NCBI RefSeq assembly: GCF_009914755.1
Contig: NC_060943.1
Origin: the human T2T-CHM13v2.0 reference genome, Homo sapiens
DNA length: 64,000 nucleotides
Strand: one strand, 5' to 3'
Below, one piece after another: positions 1-25,372 of the stretch. The translations under genes were made by a program, and so were the position numbers. The notes below the pieces were generated by a model. That model searched no databases. It saw only the letters and a list, made by a program, of their open reading frames with translations, and was not told the origin of the DNA. Position 1 is the stretch's first letter, and every line of letters starts with the position of its first letter.

Positions 1-935
1 TAGCCAACCAGAGGTCAGATTAGGCAGACAATGATGAGTATCTATTATTTCCCAGAGGGGTCTCTGCCCTGGCAGAGCTTCCATTCTGGAAAGTATTTGG
101 GCATGGTACACCATGGCTACCCGCCCAGATTCTAGAGCCAGATGGCCCAGGTTCCAATCCTACCTCAGCCACTTATCTTCTGGGAGAACCTGAGTGAGAC
201 ATAACCTTGCTACTTCTCAGTGTCTCCATCTGTACTGTGGGGATAATAACAGTATTGATCTAGAATAGTACCAGACACAGAGGGGTCTTTGCAGTTCCCA
301 GATCTGAGCTTCACCAGGGCAATTCAACCTCACCTTCATCTCTCTGTACTCTCTCCTGACACTGTGCTTTTGTATATGCAAAGATCTCCATCCTCCCTCC
401 TCTCTAGGGTAAACACCCACTTCCAAGAATTGGATAACACATCACCCCAACAACCAGCCCTTCCCCCAGCCCCTTGCGGGGTTAGGGATCCCCTTTGGTA
501 TCCACAAACCCCTTGTTCCTCTCTTGACCCAGCCCTGATCAGACAGGCTGAGGGACACTCCAGGTGCGTGGGGGAGGGCAGGACAAGGTATGACTATCTC
601 TGTCCCCAGCATCGCCTGGCACATGGGAGCCCTTTGAATGAAGATGCTTGTGTGGCATCATGCAGGGGACCCTGAGATGAGTCGGATCTCGGCTGCTTTT
701 CCTCCCTGGCCTCCCCAAGGCTGGGTGAGGCACCTTCTCTAGTTTCCCGTAGGGTCCAGGGCTTTCCACATCACTTTAGGTGCCACTGTCTGGTCTGACA
801 GACAATGTCTGTCTCCCTGGCAGGGCCTGGAGCTATCATACCAAGCACAGGGCCAGCTGTGGGCATGCAGAGAGAGAGGTCTGAAGTGGGGAGTGGCGTG
901 CCTGCAAGGACGGTTTATGCATCAGAACAGCACGC

Positions 936-1262
936 CTATATGTGGCATTCGGTGCTGATTCCTGACTCTGGTCTGCGTGGGAAACCTACTCTCTCCTCCA
1001 GGAAGCCCCCCCAGACTTCCTGCGGGCCAGAGTTTGCCAATGTCCTCTCCCTGGCTCTCTGCGGAGCGCTGGTAGTGTGCAAGGCCAGAGCCATGGACCA
1101 GGGGAGGCCTCGGCAGCTGATTGGAATAGATGCATTAAGGGATCCCAGGGAAGTAGTAGAACAAGGGCAGGAGGCCTGGGATGATTCGACGGAGGAGGAA
1201 GAACCAGCGGCCGCACGGGCTTGCAGGGCGATAAAGCCCAGGAGGCCGAGCAGCAGGCGCAT
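936..1262 (-). CDS. Candidate 108-aa ORF with signal-peptide-like N-terminus (MRLLLGLLGFIALQARAAAG...), unverified
   Basis: ATG at 1262-1260 with G at -3, just downstream of the CpG promoter; no recognisable domain after the signal. Confidence 0.25.
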   Translation of the reverse strand: MRLLLGLLGFIALQARAAAGSSSSVESSQASCPCSTTSLGSLNASIPISCRGLPWSMALALHTTSAPQRARERTLANSGPQEVWGGFLEERVGFPRRPESGISTECHI

Positions 1263-1570
1263 CACCGCCTTACCAGCACCACGTTTTTCCGCAGTAACCG
1301 GATGACTCCTACGGGTCACCTCGCAAGCCCCGCCCCCTCCTCCCATGTGAGGTTCGCCTGCCTTTCCCCGCAAGCCTGAGGGCCACGCCTTGGCGGTGAG
1401 GTCGGAGCTCCGCAGTCTCCAATCAGAGCTCAGACCCCTCCTCTCCACCCAGGCCTCGCCCCGAGGTACTCTGGAAAATGTAGTCCTGTCACGCGCCCAC
1501 GGGTAGGAAAACCCCAAGTCGCGAAGCCTTAACATTCAACTCACGTTTGGATCTCTCAGACGAGAGTTTT
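1180..1570. promoter_or_regulatory. CpG-rich promoter-like region
   Basis: High CpG density; GC box CCCCGCCCCC 1328-1337; CCAAT 1419-1423; ACTACA-type (ZNF143/THAP11-like) motif on minus strand 1471-1486. Confidence 0.6.
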
Positions 1571-1850
1571 TCAAAACAGGTGCATTTCCTTGGGTAGATC
1601 ATAACCACTTTTTAAAAAGTGAAAAAAGTTCGTATGAAATATTAGTATCATAGAAAATGGTAAGACGCTTTTCAAAATTTAAACGTCGATATGCTGAATT
1701 AACAATATAAAATTCAATATAAAATTTCTTTGTGGCTAACCACTGGTCCAAACCAACTTAGTTTCTTTCTTTTCTATTTATTTTCAGGTTCTGTTTTTTT
1801 TTTTTTTTGAGACAGAGTCTCACTCTGTCGCCCAGGCTGGAGAGCAGTAG

Positions 1851-1946
<96 letters not shown>

Positions 1947-2456
1947 TAAAAATAAACAAAAACAAAAAACAAAAAAACCAGACAATTTTAATTTGGAAAT
2001 AATTTTAAACTTATAGATAACCTACACAAATATAAACACTGGAGTACAAACAAATCCTCTACTCTGATTTGTTTGTTAACAGTTTACCTCATTGCTTTGG
2101 CTTCATCATTCCATCTATCCATCCATCCACCCACCCACCCACCCATCCTAGCCCAATCATCAGGGACAAGCAAGACAAAGTCAGGTTTGTTGACCCACTG
2201 AAATGAGAGCGATCAGCCCCCAGAGGAGAAGCTGCAATCAAGTTATAGGATTTGGAAGAAGAGAGAAATTTGGATGAAATTTAAGTGAAACAATGTTTAG
2301 CTAGGTTTAGAACAAGGTAGGAATGTGTATAAGGGAGTCAGCATCAGGCCTGGGCCGCATACAGTAGCTCATGTCTGTATCCCAGTGCTTTGGGAGGCCA
2401 AGACAAGAGGATCGCTTGAACCCAGGAGTTCAAGACCCGCTTGGGTGACATCTCTA

Positions 2457-2639
<183 letters not shown>

Positions 2640-3687
2640 TCACTGTATTCCAGTCTGGGTGACAGAACGAGATCCTGTCTCAAAAAAAAAAAAAAAAAAA
2701 AAAAAAGGAAATATCAGATTTGGACTGCAAAGTGGACCTAAGGTCTTGTTTCCCTGGAAACTACAATGTTAATATAAATGTGGCATGCTGTGCCCAGAAA
2801 CTTTTTATTTAAAACTCTGCACCAGGGCTGGAAATGGAGGCTTCTTATCTTTGTCAAAGTGACAGATCTTCCAGGAAAGAAAGATGAGTCTGTTTCATTC
2901 TTACGGATAGACTTTCATACCGCAGAGTTTCCCACAGTCTATGATTTTAGAGAACAAAGTTTCTCAGTGAGTAAGATAGCAGTAGTCGCTCATAAAGGGG
3001 GCTGTTAGAACACTTTTACTGCTGCAGCTCGCCCCTGGGTGAAATGTGTCCTGTTAACCTTGCGGTTGGCTTTATCTCAGTCTATAGATGAAGGGCAGGC
3101 CAGATTTTTATAGTATTAGCTGGCTTTAGCTCATATATATATATATATAATTTTTCTTTTCTTTTGCTGCCTTTCTTTTTCTTTCTTTCTCTCTCCCATC
3201 TTTCTTTCCTTTTTCTTTTGTCTTTTTTTTTTTTTTTTTTTTTGAGATGGAGTTTTGCTCTGTCATTCAGGCTGAAGAACCATGGTGCAATCTCGGCTCA
3301 CTGCAATCTCCACTTCCTCAGTTCAAACAATTCTCCTGCCGCAGCCTCCTGAGTAGCTGGGACTACAGGTGCCTGCCACCACACCTGGCTAATTTTTGTA
3401 TTTTTAGTAGAGACAAGGTTTCGCCATGTTGGCCAGGCTGGTCTTGAACTCCTGACCTCAGGTGATCCACCCGCCTCGGCCCCCCAAAGTGCTGGGATTA
3501 CAGTTGTGAGCCACCGCGCCCAGCCAGTTGTCATGTCTCTTTAGCCTCCTTGAATCTGGAACATTTCCATATTTATAATATTGACATTTTGGTGGCCGGG
3601 CGTGGTGGCTCACGCCTGTAATTGCAGCAGGTTGGGAGGCCGAGGCGGGTGGATCACGAGGTCAGGAGATCGAGACCGTCCTGGCTA

Positions 3688-3933
<246 letters not shown>

Positions 3934-4213
3934 TTAAAAATAGAAGTTCCACATTTTTAGTCGGTCTGATGTTTCCCCATGATGATTAGATTCAAGTTAT
4001 ACATTCTCCACCAGAATAATGAGGTGAGGTGTGTACTTCTTTGAAGGTATCCCATCTGGACATAGTCAGTGTCCTACTGTGCCTCATTAGTGAAGTGAGT
4101 TTTCATCACCCAGCGAGCTGATGTCCCATTCCCCAGCTCTATAATACTCCTTTGCAGCTAATAAGCAGTCCAGGGGCAGATACTTTAAGACAGGCAGTAT
4201 CTGCCTTTCATCA

Positions 4214-4679
<466 letters not shown>

Positions 4680-4765
4680 TCATTATTATTTTAGCATGTG
4701 TGTATGTTTCCCAAAAAACATCTTATTTAGTTTTGCTTGTTTTTTGGGCTTTGGAGTAATAATAC

Positions 4766-5169
4766 ACGTATTCGTTGTCTCGAACTGCCCTTATAAAGTA
4801 CCACAGGCTAGGGGACTGAAACAGCAGAATTGATCATCTCCCAGTTCTGGAGGCTGGAAGTCTGGAGATCAAGATGTTGGCATGGTTGGTTTCTTCTGAG
4901 GCCTCCTTCTTTGGCTTGCAGACGGCCGCCTTCTTGCTGTGCCCTCATGTGGTCCTCTCTGTGTGCACATCCCTGGTGACTCTCTGTATGGCCATATATC
5001 CTCTTCCCATAAGGATGAAGTCCAATTGGATTAGGGCCCACCCTAATGGCCCCATTTAACCTTCACCACCTCTTTAGAGATCCTATCTCCAAATACAGTC
5101 ATGTTCTGATGTACTGGGGGTTAGGGCTCCAAAATATGAATTTTGGGGGCTGCATTTCAGCTCACAACC
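4766..5169 (-). mobile_element. MLT1 (MLT1B-like) MaLR LTR
   Basis: cagttctggaggctggaagtc...ggattagggcccaccctaatg...ctccaaatacagtc hallmark sequence. Confidence 0.8.
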
Positions 5170-5599
5170 ATATCTTACTGTATGCAACTTGCTATTTTTT
5201 TTTTTTTTTTTTTGAAACAGAGTCTCGCTCTGTTGCCCTGGCTGGAGTGAAGTGGTACGATCTCAGCTCACTGAAACCTCCGCCTCCTGGGTTCAAGCCA
5301 TTCGCCTTGCTTCAGCTTCCCAAGTAGTTGGGACTACAGGCACACACCACCACACCTGGCTAATTTTTGTATTTGTACAGATGAGGTTTCACCACGTTGA
5401 CCAGGCTGGTCTCGAACTTCTGACCTCAAGTGATCCACCCGCCTCGGCCTTCCAATGTGTTGGGATTACAAGTGTGATCCATTGCACCCTATCAATGCAA
5501 CTTGCTTTTTAAAGACAAACTCCTATCACTAAGATGCGTTCGTGATGGTGCCTGTAGCTTTTGTTTGCACATTTTTCAGGGGTATGGTATGAAAATGCT

Positions 5600-6410
5600 T
5601 AAAAATAATGTGGGGAGAAATCGATGAAATGGATGGGGGAAGAAAAGAAGATTAACAAAACTAAAAGCTATTCTAATTTTTGAAAAAGCAACTAAGACAG
5701 ACTTACTTTTGGCAAACCGATTAAGAACAAAGAGACAGGCTGCAAATAAAATACAAATTGTAAAGTGGTGAATAATTACAGCCAGGACAGAGATATAAAA
5801 AGTAATTATATTATGGCTATGTGCTAACATTAAAAACCTGAATGAACTGGTTAAATTACTAGCAAAATATACAATGCGAAAATGACACAAAATTACAGAC
5901 TGAATAAGCCAGTGACTATTGAAGAATTTGAAATTATATTCAGAGATCTCCCCTCTCCCCAAAAAACCCCCAGGCACAGATGGTTTTCTAAGCAAGTGAT
6001 ACCAAACATTCAAAGAATGTTTAATTCCTATCTTGTATGAATTATTCCAGAAAATCGCTGGAAAATTATGTAATAACTGCCTGATTCATTTTTAGAGACT
6101 AATGCAATGTTGAATCCAAAATCGGATAAGGACCAGATGCAAGAAAATTATAGATTCATTTCGCTTGTGAATGAAGATGTAAAAATCCCAAATCAAATAA
6201 TTGCCACTTCAATCCAGCATATCATAATTCTTCATGATCAAATAAGATTTCTCCTCCTAATGCGAAGATGGTTCAAAAATTAAAAAAAAATTCTTTCAAT
6301 ATAATTCACCATATCAGTAGACCAAGGAAGAAAATATAATGATTTCAACTGATGTGGGAAAATAATTTCATAAGGCTGTACATCTATTTATGATTAAAAG
6401 TTAAAACACT
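5600..6410 (+). mobile_element. Decayed L1 ORF2 (reverse transcriptase region) fragment
   Basis: A-rich; ccaggcacagatggttttc...accaaacattcaaagaa...attattccagaaaat resembles degenerate PGPDGF..EFYQTFKE..LFQKI. Confidence 0.75.
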
Positions 6411-6625
6411 CCACTTTGGGAGGCTAAGGCAGGAGGATCGCTTGAGCCCAGGAGTTTGAGACCAGCTTGGGCAGCACAGTGAAACCATGACATGGTGGTG
6501 TGTGCTGGTGGTCCCAGCTACTTGGGAGGCAGAGGTGGGAGGATCACTTGAGCCTGGGAGGCTGCGTGGTTTTGAATTGCATTTCTGTGATGATTAATGG
6601 TGTTAATATTTTCCTGGACATTTAG

Positions 6626-6925
<300 letters not shown>

Positions 6926-7147
6926 TGATCTTCCCGCCTTGGCCTCCTAAAGTGTTGGGACTACAGCTGTGAGCCACCACGCCTGGCCTCACCCATTTTA
7001 AAATTGGGTTACTTGAGTTCTTTGCACATTTTATTTTTTGTTTTTGCTTTTTGGAAGGTTACTGTATACATCTTAATTTATCAGAATCAGTTTCAGATTT
7101 ATACTAGCTTTATTACAGTGAGATATAGAATGGTTATTCCTAGATAG

Positions 7148-7420
<273 letters not shown>

Positions 7421-7803
7421 TGATCTGCCTGCCTTGGCCTCCCAAAGTGCTGGGATTACGGGCATGAGCCACTGCACCAGACAGTAATGCATTAAGCTTT
7501 GAATACCTAAGCTCAAGAGTTGACATCAACCTTTCCCCACAGATAATTCTGGTGCTTGTGAACTAGTGGTCTCCGTAGATGTTTGCCACCAAGAAGGTCC
7601 TGGGGACTCGCAAAAACAGTCTGTGGGAGATGGATATGTGAGTCTGCTTCTAAGAGGCTCTTTGGCCGCCTCTGGCACACGGGGCCATCTCTCTCCTGCT
7701 TGCCCTCTGCCCTCTTCTCTCCCTCCATTTTCCATAATTTCAACAAAATCAGTTAATATTTACAAAGCACTGAGAACAGCACTTGGGACTCAGTAGGTGC
7801 TAA

Positions 7804-8141
<338 letters not shown>

Positions 8142-8417
8142 TAGCATTATTCCTTCTGGGGAATGTTTTAGATACTGCATTTCATGGACTCTAAGAAACT
8201 CCACTTTTATGGTTGTTACAAAGAAAGAAAAGTGTATACTGTCTATAAGATGCAACAATGCTTCCTTACCACTTGGAATTTTTATTTCTTATTTACTGAA
8301 AGAGCTTTTATGGGTGTATTTATTGCGAACAATAAAGGAAAATACAAGTAAAATAAAGGATTCCTAAAATTGTTCCACAATTGAGATCCTTTTTTTTTGT
8401 TTATTATGGAAAAGTTA

Positions 8418-8618
<201 letters not shown>

Positions 8619-8979
8619 CTAAAAATCATTACTGCTGGGCTCTTGATCCAGCTTTGCAATTAGAGGAGACAGTTTATTGCTGACTTCTGTTTTCAGAGCA
8701 AACACCAAACACAACTTATTCCCCACCAATTCCCCCTGACCCACCCAGGCCCACCAAGTTGGTTCCCGGGGGCTGAGAGTGCCCCACTCTTGTCTGCTGG
8801 ATTTTCTTCTGGGCTGTGGACACCCCTTCTGCAGGTTTTCATGCCTTTCAAACAGCAGTCGTATGGTGCCAGACGTTGAAAGATGCCTTCCGGTTTCAGA
8901 GGCGTCAAGATATGGGAAAAGTGGCTTCTTAGAATTGATCAGTTACGATGTGTTTTTCAAAGGTGGCGTCTCCTTTACT

Positions 8980-11640
<2,661 letters not shown>

Positions 11641-11643
<3 letters not shown>

Positions 11644-11750
11644 CTTCCTTTCCCTCCTTCCTTCCCTCCTTCCTTCCTTCCTTCCTTCCTTCCTTCCTTC
11701 CTTCCTTCTTTCCTTCCTTCCTTCCTTCCTCCCTTTCCTCCTTCCTTTCT
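11641..11750. repeat. (CCTT)n microsatellite in an Alu tail
   Basis: Seen directly. Confidence 0.95.
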
Positions 11751-12932
11751 TTAAATAGAGATGGGTTCTCACCATGTTGCCCAGGCTGGTCTCAAACCCA
11801 TCCTGGGCTCAAGTGATCCTCCTGCCTTGGCCTCCCAAAGTGCTGGGATTACAGGCATGAGCCACCGTGCCCACCTAAGTCTTTCTTTTGAGGGCTTTCT
11901 CTCTGCCTTTTATTTCTCTTCACGTATTCATTCACGCACCAGGCACAGGTGGAGCCCCGCCATGCACGCCCGCATCTGTGCGTGTTCCACAGTGTGCACC
12001 ATTCCTGGGCTCCCTCATGCATTTCACCTAACAGCATCATTGTCACGTTCTCCTCCACCATAGCACAGAGCGTCTAAGGGTGCCACCCTCTCCCATAACT
12101 AGAGACACATGAGTGACAGCAGCAATGAGCTGTCCCATCTGCTAGTCGTCGACACAGAAGAGCCAGACTGAGAGAGCTGGGTGCCAATCACACCACGCAG
12201 GGACAGGCTGTCTGCCCAGAGGAGGCCGGTGGTGTCCACACCTGCCTCGCTGGGGCCGTTTCAACACAAATCTTCCAGCAGTTCTTAACTGAACGTCTGA
12301 CCTACCGACTCCACTTTCGGGAGTTTATCCTTTGGTGATATTTTCTCAAAGGGCCAATAATCACAGTGGCTCACAGAAAAGAGTTCTCCGTGTTTGCCGG
12401 ATATCCTGCTGAGAATTTGACACTTTGATCTCATTTAAACCCTGCAACAACCTTGAGGTGGGTGCTGTTGTTACTTCCATATTAGAGCGGAAGAAAAGGA
12501 ACTCAGAGAGATGACTTTACTTATCCAAGACCACCCAGCCAGGCGGCAGGGCTGGGAACCCAAGCATGAAGTGAAATAGCCCCGCCCTGGACTGGCTGGA
12601 TGGTAGCCACAGTCTACATGTGAGTAAGACACTGAATTTAAGAAAAGAAATCACTTTATTAAGATATAATTTACATACCATGCAATTCACCCACGTAAAG
12701 AGTAAAATTCAACGGTTGTTGGTATATTGCGTTATTCATTTTTAACATTATGTTAATGTGTGGCATAAAATTTCCATTGAACCGTTTTTAAATGTATAAT
12801 TCAGCGGCATTAATTACATTCATAACGTTGTGTAACCATCACCACAATCTATTTAAAAACTTTTTCATCCCCCCCAAACGGTAACTCTGTAACCGTTAAG
12901 CAGTAAATCCCCTTTCTCTCTCCCCCATTGCC

Positions 12933-13750
12933 TGATGAAGTAGGAGGTGGGACTAGACTCTGGAGGTGGGACTTGCACTCAGGATCAAATTGAAGACCAG
13001 CTGAAACAGGGAAGAGGGGAAAGCGCTTCTCCATAAGACACGCCCACCAGTGCCATGTCAGTTTCCCGTTGCCATGACAACACCCCGACGTTAACACCCC
13101 TCTCCATGGCAGTGACTTGATGACCTGGAGGTTACCACCCTTTTTCTAGTCACTAGTGGATAATCTGTACCTTAATTTGCATATAATTAAAAGTGGGTAT
13201 AAGTATGGCTGCTGGGCACACTGCCTATGGGGTAGCCTTTCAGGCAAGGAGCAGTACCCGTGTCGCTGCTGTACACTGCGGCTTCGATAAAAGTTGCTGT
13301 TGGTTAGGCATGGTGGCTCACGCCTATAATCCCAACTAGGAGGCTGAGGCAGGAGGATCACTTGACATCAGGAGTTCGAGACCAGCCTGGCCAACATGGT
13401 GAAACTCTGTCTCTACTAAAAATACAAAAATTAGCCAGGCATGGTGGTGGGCACCTGTAATCCCAGCTACTCAGGAGGCTGAGGCAGAATTGTTTGAACA
13501 TGGGAGGCAGAGGTTGCAGTGAGCCAAGATTGCAGCACTGCATTCCAGCCTGTGCAGCAGAGCAAGACTCTGCCTCAAAAAAAAAAAAAAAAAACAAAAC
13601 AAAACAGTTGCTGTCTATACTTTCTGATGACAGGTAAAAAGAAGTTGCTGTCTAACACCTCCAGCTCACCCTTGAATTATTTCCTGGCCAAAGCCACGAG
13701 CCCTCCCAGGCCAAGTCCCAATTTGGGGTCTCACCTGTCTAGCATCCCTG
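12933..13750 (+). mobile_element. MER41-family LTR with internal Alu
   Basis: taggaggtgggact..., ccataagacacgcccaccagtgccatg, ccttaatttgcatataattaaaagtgggtata; Alu flanked by agttgctgt repeats. Confidence 0.75.
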
Positions 13751-14111
13751 GGACAACAGTAGGAGCCGCTTGAGCTTGTGGCTTCTCCTCAGCAAATATG
13801 GGAAACAGAGAAAGATCTGGAATCAGACAGAGGTTGGTGTCATTTCTGCCTGTTGTAACCTGTCATCTAGGGCAGGTCCCTCTCTTCCTGGGGCTCTCAG
13901 TCAGGTTCTGTACAAGGTTCTCACCCTCCCCACGGAAGGAGGCTGCCAGGAGGAGCCAGCAAAGCTATTCAACTTGCAGGGGCTCCAGAATAGCCTCTCC
14001 TGTGGCCTCTGTCCACTCCCTACCCCTGCACCTTCAGCAATTCCCACCCAGTGGCGACCGTAAGATGCCCAGACACAGAGCATTATTTCTGCTCTTTCAC
14101 TGCATACCCAA

Positions 14112-14869
<758 letters not shown>

Positions 14870-15344
14870 CCCTAAGGACTGGAATGCCTGCGCCACATAC
14901 TCAGCCATGTGGGTGGGTCTGAGCTCTGGCCTGGGCTCCCTGTGGGGAGGCTGGTTGGGAGAGGAGACATGATGGGATTCCAGCCCTGGGACTCACTGCC
15001 TTGTCACTGGAGCGGGTTTCCTCAGCTCTCTAGGTCTCACTTTATTCATTCTGCAGTGAACATTCCCTGAGTCCCTGCTGTGAGGCTCACACAGCTGTAT
15101 CCAACCAGGAGCTCCATCCTAAAGGGATCCCAAGAGGTTCTTCCCCCAATTTCCCAGTTCTCCAACATCAACCAGGTGCCCAACCATTCAATTCAGTTCC
15201 AACATTGACTGCCCAGAGTTAGTGTCAGATGCTGCAGGTTATGGACTTGGGCCACAAAACTGCCCCCACCTCAGGCCAGGCGTGGTGGCTCACACCTCTA
15301 ATCCCAGCACTTTGGGAGGCCGAGGCAGGTGGATCATGAGGTCA

Positions 15345-15613
<269 letters not shown>

Positions 15614-15687
15614 CTACAGTAGGGTGTCCACACTACCTTAATTTCTGCCCAGCCAATCACCAGTTCAGGGGTTCCCAAAACTCTCAC

Positions 15688-16783
<1,096 letters not shown>

Positions 16784-17246
16784 CCTACTCAAATACACTA
16801 ATTCGCTACAGGTTGGGCACAGTGGCTCACGCTTGTAATCTCAGCACTTTGAGAGGTCAAGGAGGGAGGATTGCTTGAGCCCAAGAGTTGGAGACCAGCT
16901 TGGGCAACATAGCATGACCCCATCTCTACCAAAAATAAAATAAATTAGCCAAGTGTGGGGACATGCACCTGTAGTCCCAGCTACTCAGGAGGCTGAGGCA
17001 GGAGGCTCATTTGAGTCCAAGAGATTGAGAGCACAGTGAGCTATACGATCAGGCAACTATGCTCCAGCCTGGGTGACAGAGCGAGACCTTGTCTCAGAAA
17101 AAAAAAAAAAAAAGAAAAAGAAAGAAAAGAAAAAGAAAAAAGAAAAAACAATCACTAGAACAACTCACAGAATTCAGGCAAGCATTTTACTTATTATTAC
17201 TGGTTTATTATAAAGGATAGAACTCAGGAATGAAAGAGATACGTAG

Positions 17247-17710
<464 letters not shown>

Positions 17711-18821
17711 TAACTGTGAAGTGATCTCCAGGTTAAAAAAAAAATGTACCCCGCATAATCTCACTTATATGTGGAATCTAAAAGAGTGGAACTCGGCTAG
17801 GCGCAGTAGCTCCTGCCTGTAATCCCAGCATGTTGGGAGGCCGAGGCAGGAGGATTACTGGAGGCCAGGAGTTTGAGACCAGCCTGGGCAACATAGCAAG
17901 ATCTCATCTCTAAAAAAAGAAAGAAAGAAACGAAAAGAAAAATATGAACTTGTTAACAATTCTCATTATCTGAGGGAAGAACGAGGATGGCAGGGGACTC
18001 TTTAACTACCAATTTTAGTTTGAGCTGCAATTTCCCCCTCATTTAGCATTTTCGGTTTTATTCAAGAAAAAAAAAAGACAAAAATTAGGGTTCAATATCA
18101 TAAAACATAGAGCAACCCGGAGAAAAGAATTGCCTATTCACATCTATTCTTTTAGCTTTCTTACGTTTTAACCACTTGAGCCGTAACGGGGTGTGAGGGG
18201 ATTTGCGGTGATGGAACTGTTCTGTGTTTTGGTTACGGGGTGGTCACGTGATGCATGCATTTGCCAAAACCTCAGAACTGCACCTAAAAAGGGTGAATTG
18301 TGCTGTATGCAAATTATGCCTTTATTTAAAAATGCTAACTAATTTTTTCTCTTTTTTCTCATATTAAGGAGACCGATTTGACAGCCTTTAAATCAAAATC
18401 TCTGTGTATAAAACTCTCACTAAAATTATGTCAAGAAATAGACTTGGAAAAAAACTTATATTCCCTGCGACAGAAATAGCGTCAATAATCTTATCATGTG
18501 AACCACATAAAAAAGGAACAAAGTTGGATTCCAGTAGGCAAGTGGGCAAAAGACACGGAGAGACGTTTGCAAATCGTAAAGAGAGGGAGTGGCCAACCAT
18601 CATGGCAGGAAGACGTTCCTGCACACAAGAAATCAAAATCCAACCCCGTCCATCAACAAGCAGGAAACAATCTCACAGGAATCCCCGGGGCGGTGTGGCA
18701 GGCCGGCGCAGCCTCTCTCCTGCTCGGTTGTAGGGTTGTCAGGACCTTCTGGGTGACAGAGACAAGATCTTTTCTTTCTTGGGGTCCACTTGTGGGAATC
18801 GAGACCAAAGAAAAAATCCTA

Positions 18822-19173
<352 letters not shown>

Positions 19174-19470
19174 TTACAGCACTATTTTTAATGCAAAACA
19201 GTTAGGGAGGAAAAAACAACACTTAAATTTGCCAAGAACTGATTGGGTAATAATGCCATAAACCACCGTGAGGTACTATGATTTAAAAAAAGGTTCAGAG
19301 CCGGCAGAGCAGCGGTGGTGAGTGGCTGGTAGGAGATGAACATAAAGCTGGGGGCCGGGCACGGTGGCTCAGGCCTGTAATCCCAGCACTTTGCGAGGCT
19401 GAGGTGGGTGGATCACCTGAGGTCAGGAGTTCGAGACCAGCCTGGCCAACATGGCAAAACCCCATCTCTA

Positions 19471-19632
<162 letters not shown>

Positions 19633-19639
19633 TCAAAAA

Positions 19640-20860
<1,221 letters not shown>

Positions 20861-21029
20861 AATACCAGAATGGCCACCAAAACAAAGCAAAAAAGGCTGA
20901 ATGTTGTGTGCAGCAGGAGAAATACATTTAGAATTTCACCATGGGAGGAGGTAATCCCCAAATCCAGGCAGAGCACAGCCTGGGGAGAACAACCGTCATC
21001 TCACCAGCTCTCCCCGGTGTTGCCCTTAG

Positions 21030-21272
<243 letters not shown>

Positions 21273-21384
21273 TAACTCCTGACCTCAAGTGATCCGCTGG
21301 CCTCAGCCTCCCAAAGTGCTGAGTCACTGCGCCCGGCCTTCACATGCACTCTTTAAAGCAACACCAGGTTGACGTCTACTTGGG

Positions 21385-21815
<431 letters not shown>

Positions 21816-21869
21816 TAACTGTATTTCTCTTAAAGGGGTCCTTTCTTTTGGAAATTGATGCTGAAATAT

Positions 21870-21900
<31 letters not shown>

Positions 21901-22083
21901 TTGAGACAGAGTTACACTCTGTTGCCCAGGTTGGAGTGCAGTGGTGTAATCTCAACTCACTGCAAACCTCTGCCTCCCGGGTTCAAGCGATTCTCCTGCC
22001 TCAGCCTCCTGAGTAGCTGGGGCTACAGGTGTGTACCACCATGCCCGGCTAATTTTTGTATTTTTAGTAAAGATGGGGTTTCA

Positions 22084-22413
<330 letters not shown>

Positions 22414-22427
22414 TTAGGCTGTGTCTT

Positions 22428-22939
22428 TGTGATACCTTACCCTGTTTTAACCGGAGTGACTGTCTCCTAGCAGAGAGAGCTGGACAGACTCCATTTTGGT
22501 TTCTTCACTTGGGGCCCCCCGTATCCCCCTTAAGGGAATAACTAGTGCAAGCTGACACCAAGCACATCCAGGAATGCACCTGCTGATAAGATATTGAGGC
22601 AGCCTGTATTAGCAGCTCCTGCTCGGTGGAAGGTACCTAAAAGCCCCTGCATTTATCTCTTAGTGATAGTTTAAGCCCCTGCACCTGGAACTGTTTATTT
22701 TTTGTAACTGCTTCCATAACCAATTAATTTTTTAACTTTTTGCCTGTTCTGCTTCTGTAAAACTACTTCAGTTAAACTCCCCCTCCTCTATTTAGACCAT
22801 AGTATAAAAGAGAATCTAGCCCCTTCTTCGAGATGGAGAGAATTCTAAGCGCTAGCTGTCTCTCAGTCGCTGGCTAATAAAGGACTCCATAATTTGTCTC
22901 AAAGTGTGGCATTTCTCTCTAACTCGCTTGGTTACAACA
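22428..22939 (+). mobile_element. Solo ERV1-class LTR (LTR6/HERV-S71-like, family tentative), 512 bp
   Basis: TG...CA ends; 4-bp TSD TCTT (22424-22427, 22940-22943); TATAAAA 22803; AATAAA 22876; empty site in the paralogous unit at 35323-35326. Confidence 0.85.
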
Positions 22940-23029
22940 TCTTGTCTTTCTGGTGACACCTGTTGACATGATGTGCCTTAGAGTCAGTGAAATGTTACTG
23001 CTGAGGCCGCAGCATTCTCCCGAGGGAAT

Positions 23030-24846
<1,817 letters not shown>

Positions 24847-25003
24847 CAGTATTAATAACGAGACCTAACAATGCTTGAGCACCTACTATGTGCCAAGAAG
24901 TTTTTTTTGTTTTGTTCTGTTTTTGTTTTTGATGAATCTCACTCTGTTGCCCAGGCTGGAGTGCAGTAGCTCAATCTCGACCGGCTGCAACCTCCACCTC
25001 TGA

Positions 25004-25372
<369 letters not shown>

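Noticed and set aside
805-1305. 166-aa plus-strand ORF
   Set aside because: No recognisable domain; promoter motifs lie downstream of it; GC-rich sequence explains the open frame
5576-6013. Hydrophobic 145-aa minus-strand ORF
   Set aside because: Antisense reading of A-rich L1 ORF2 remnant
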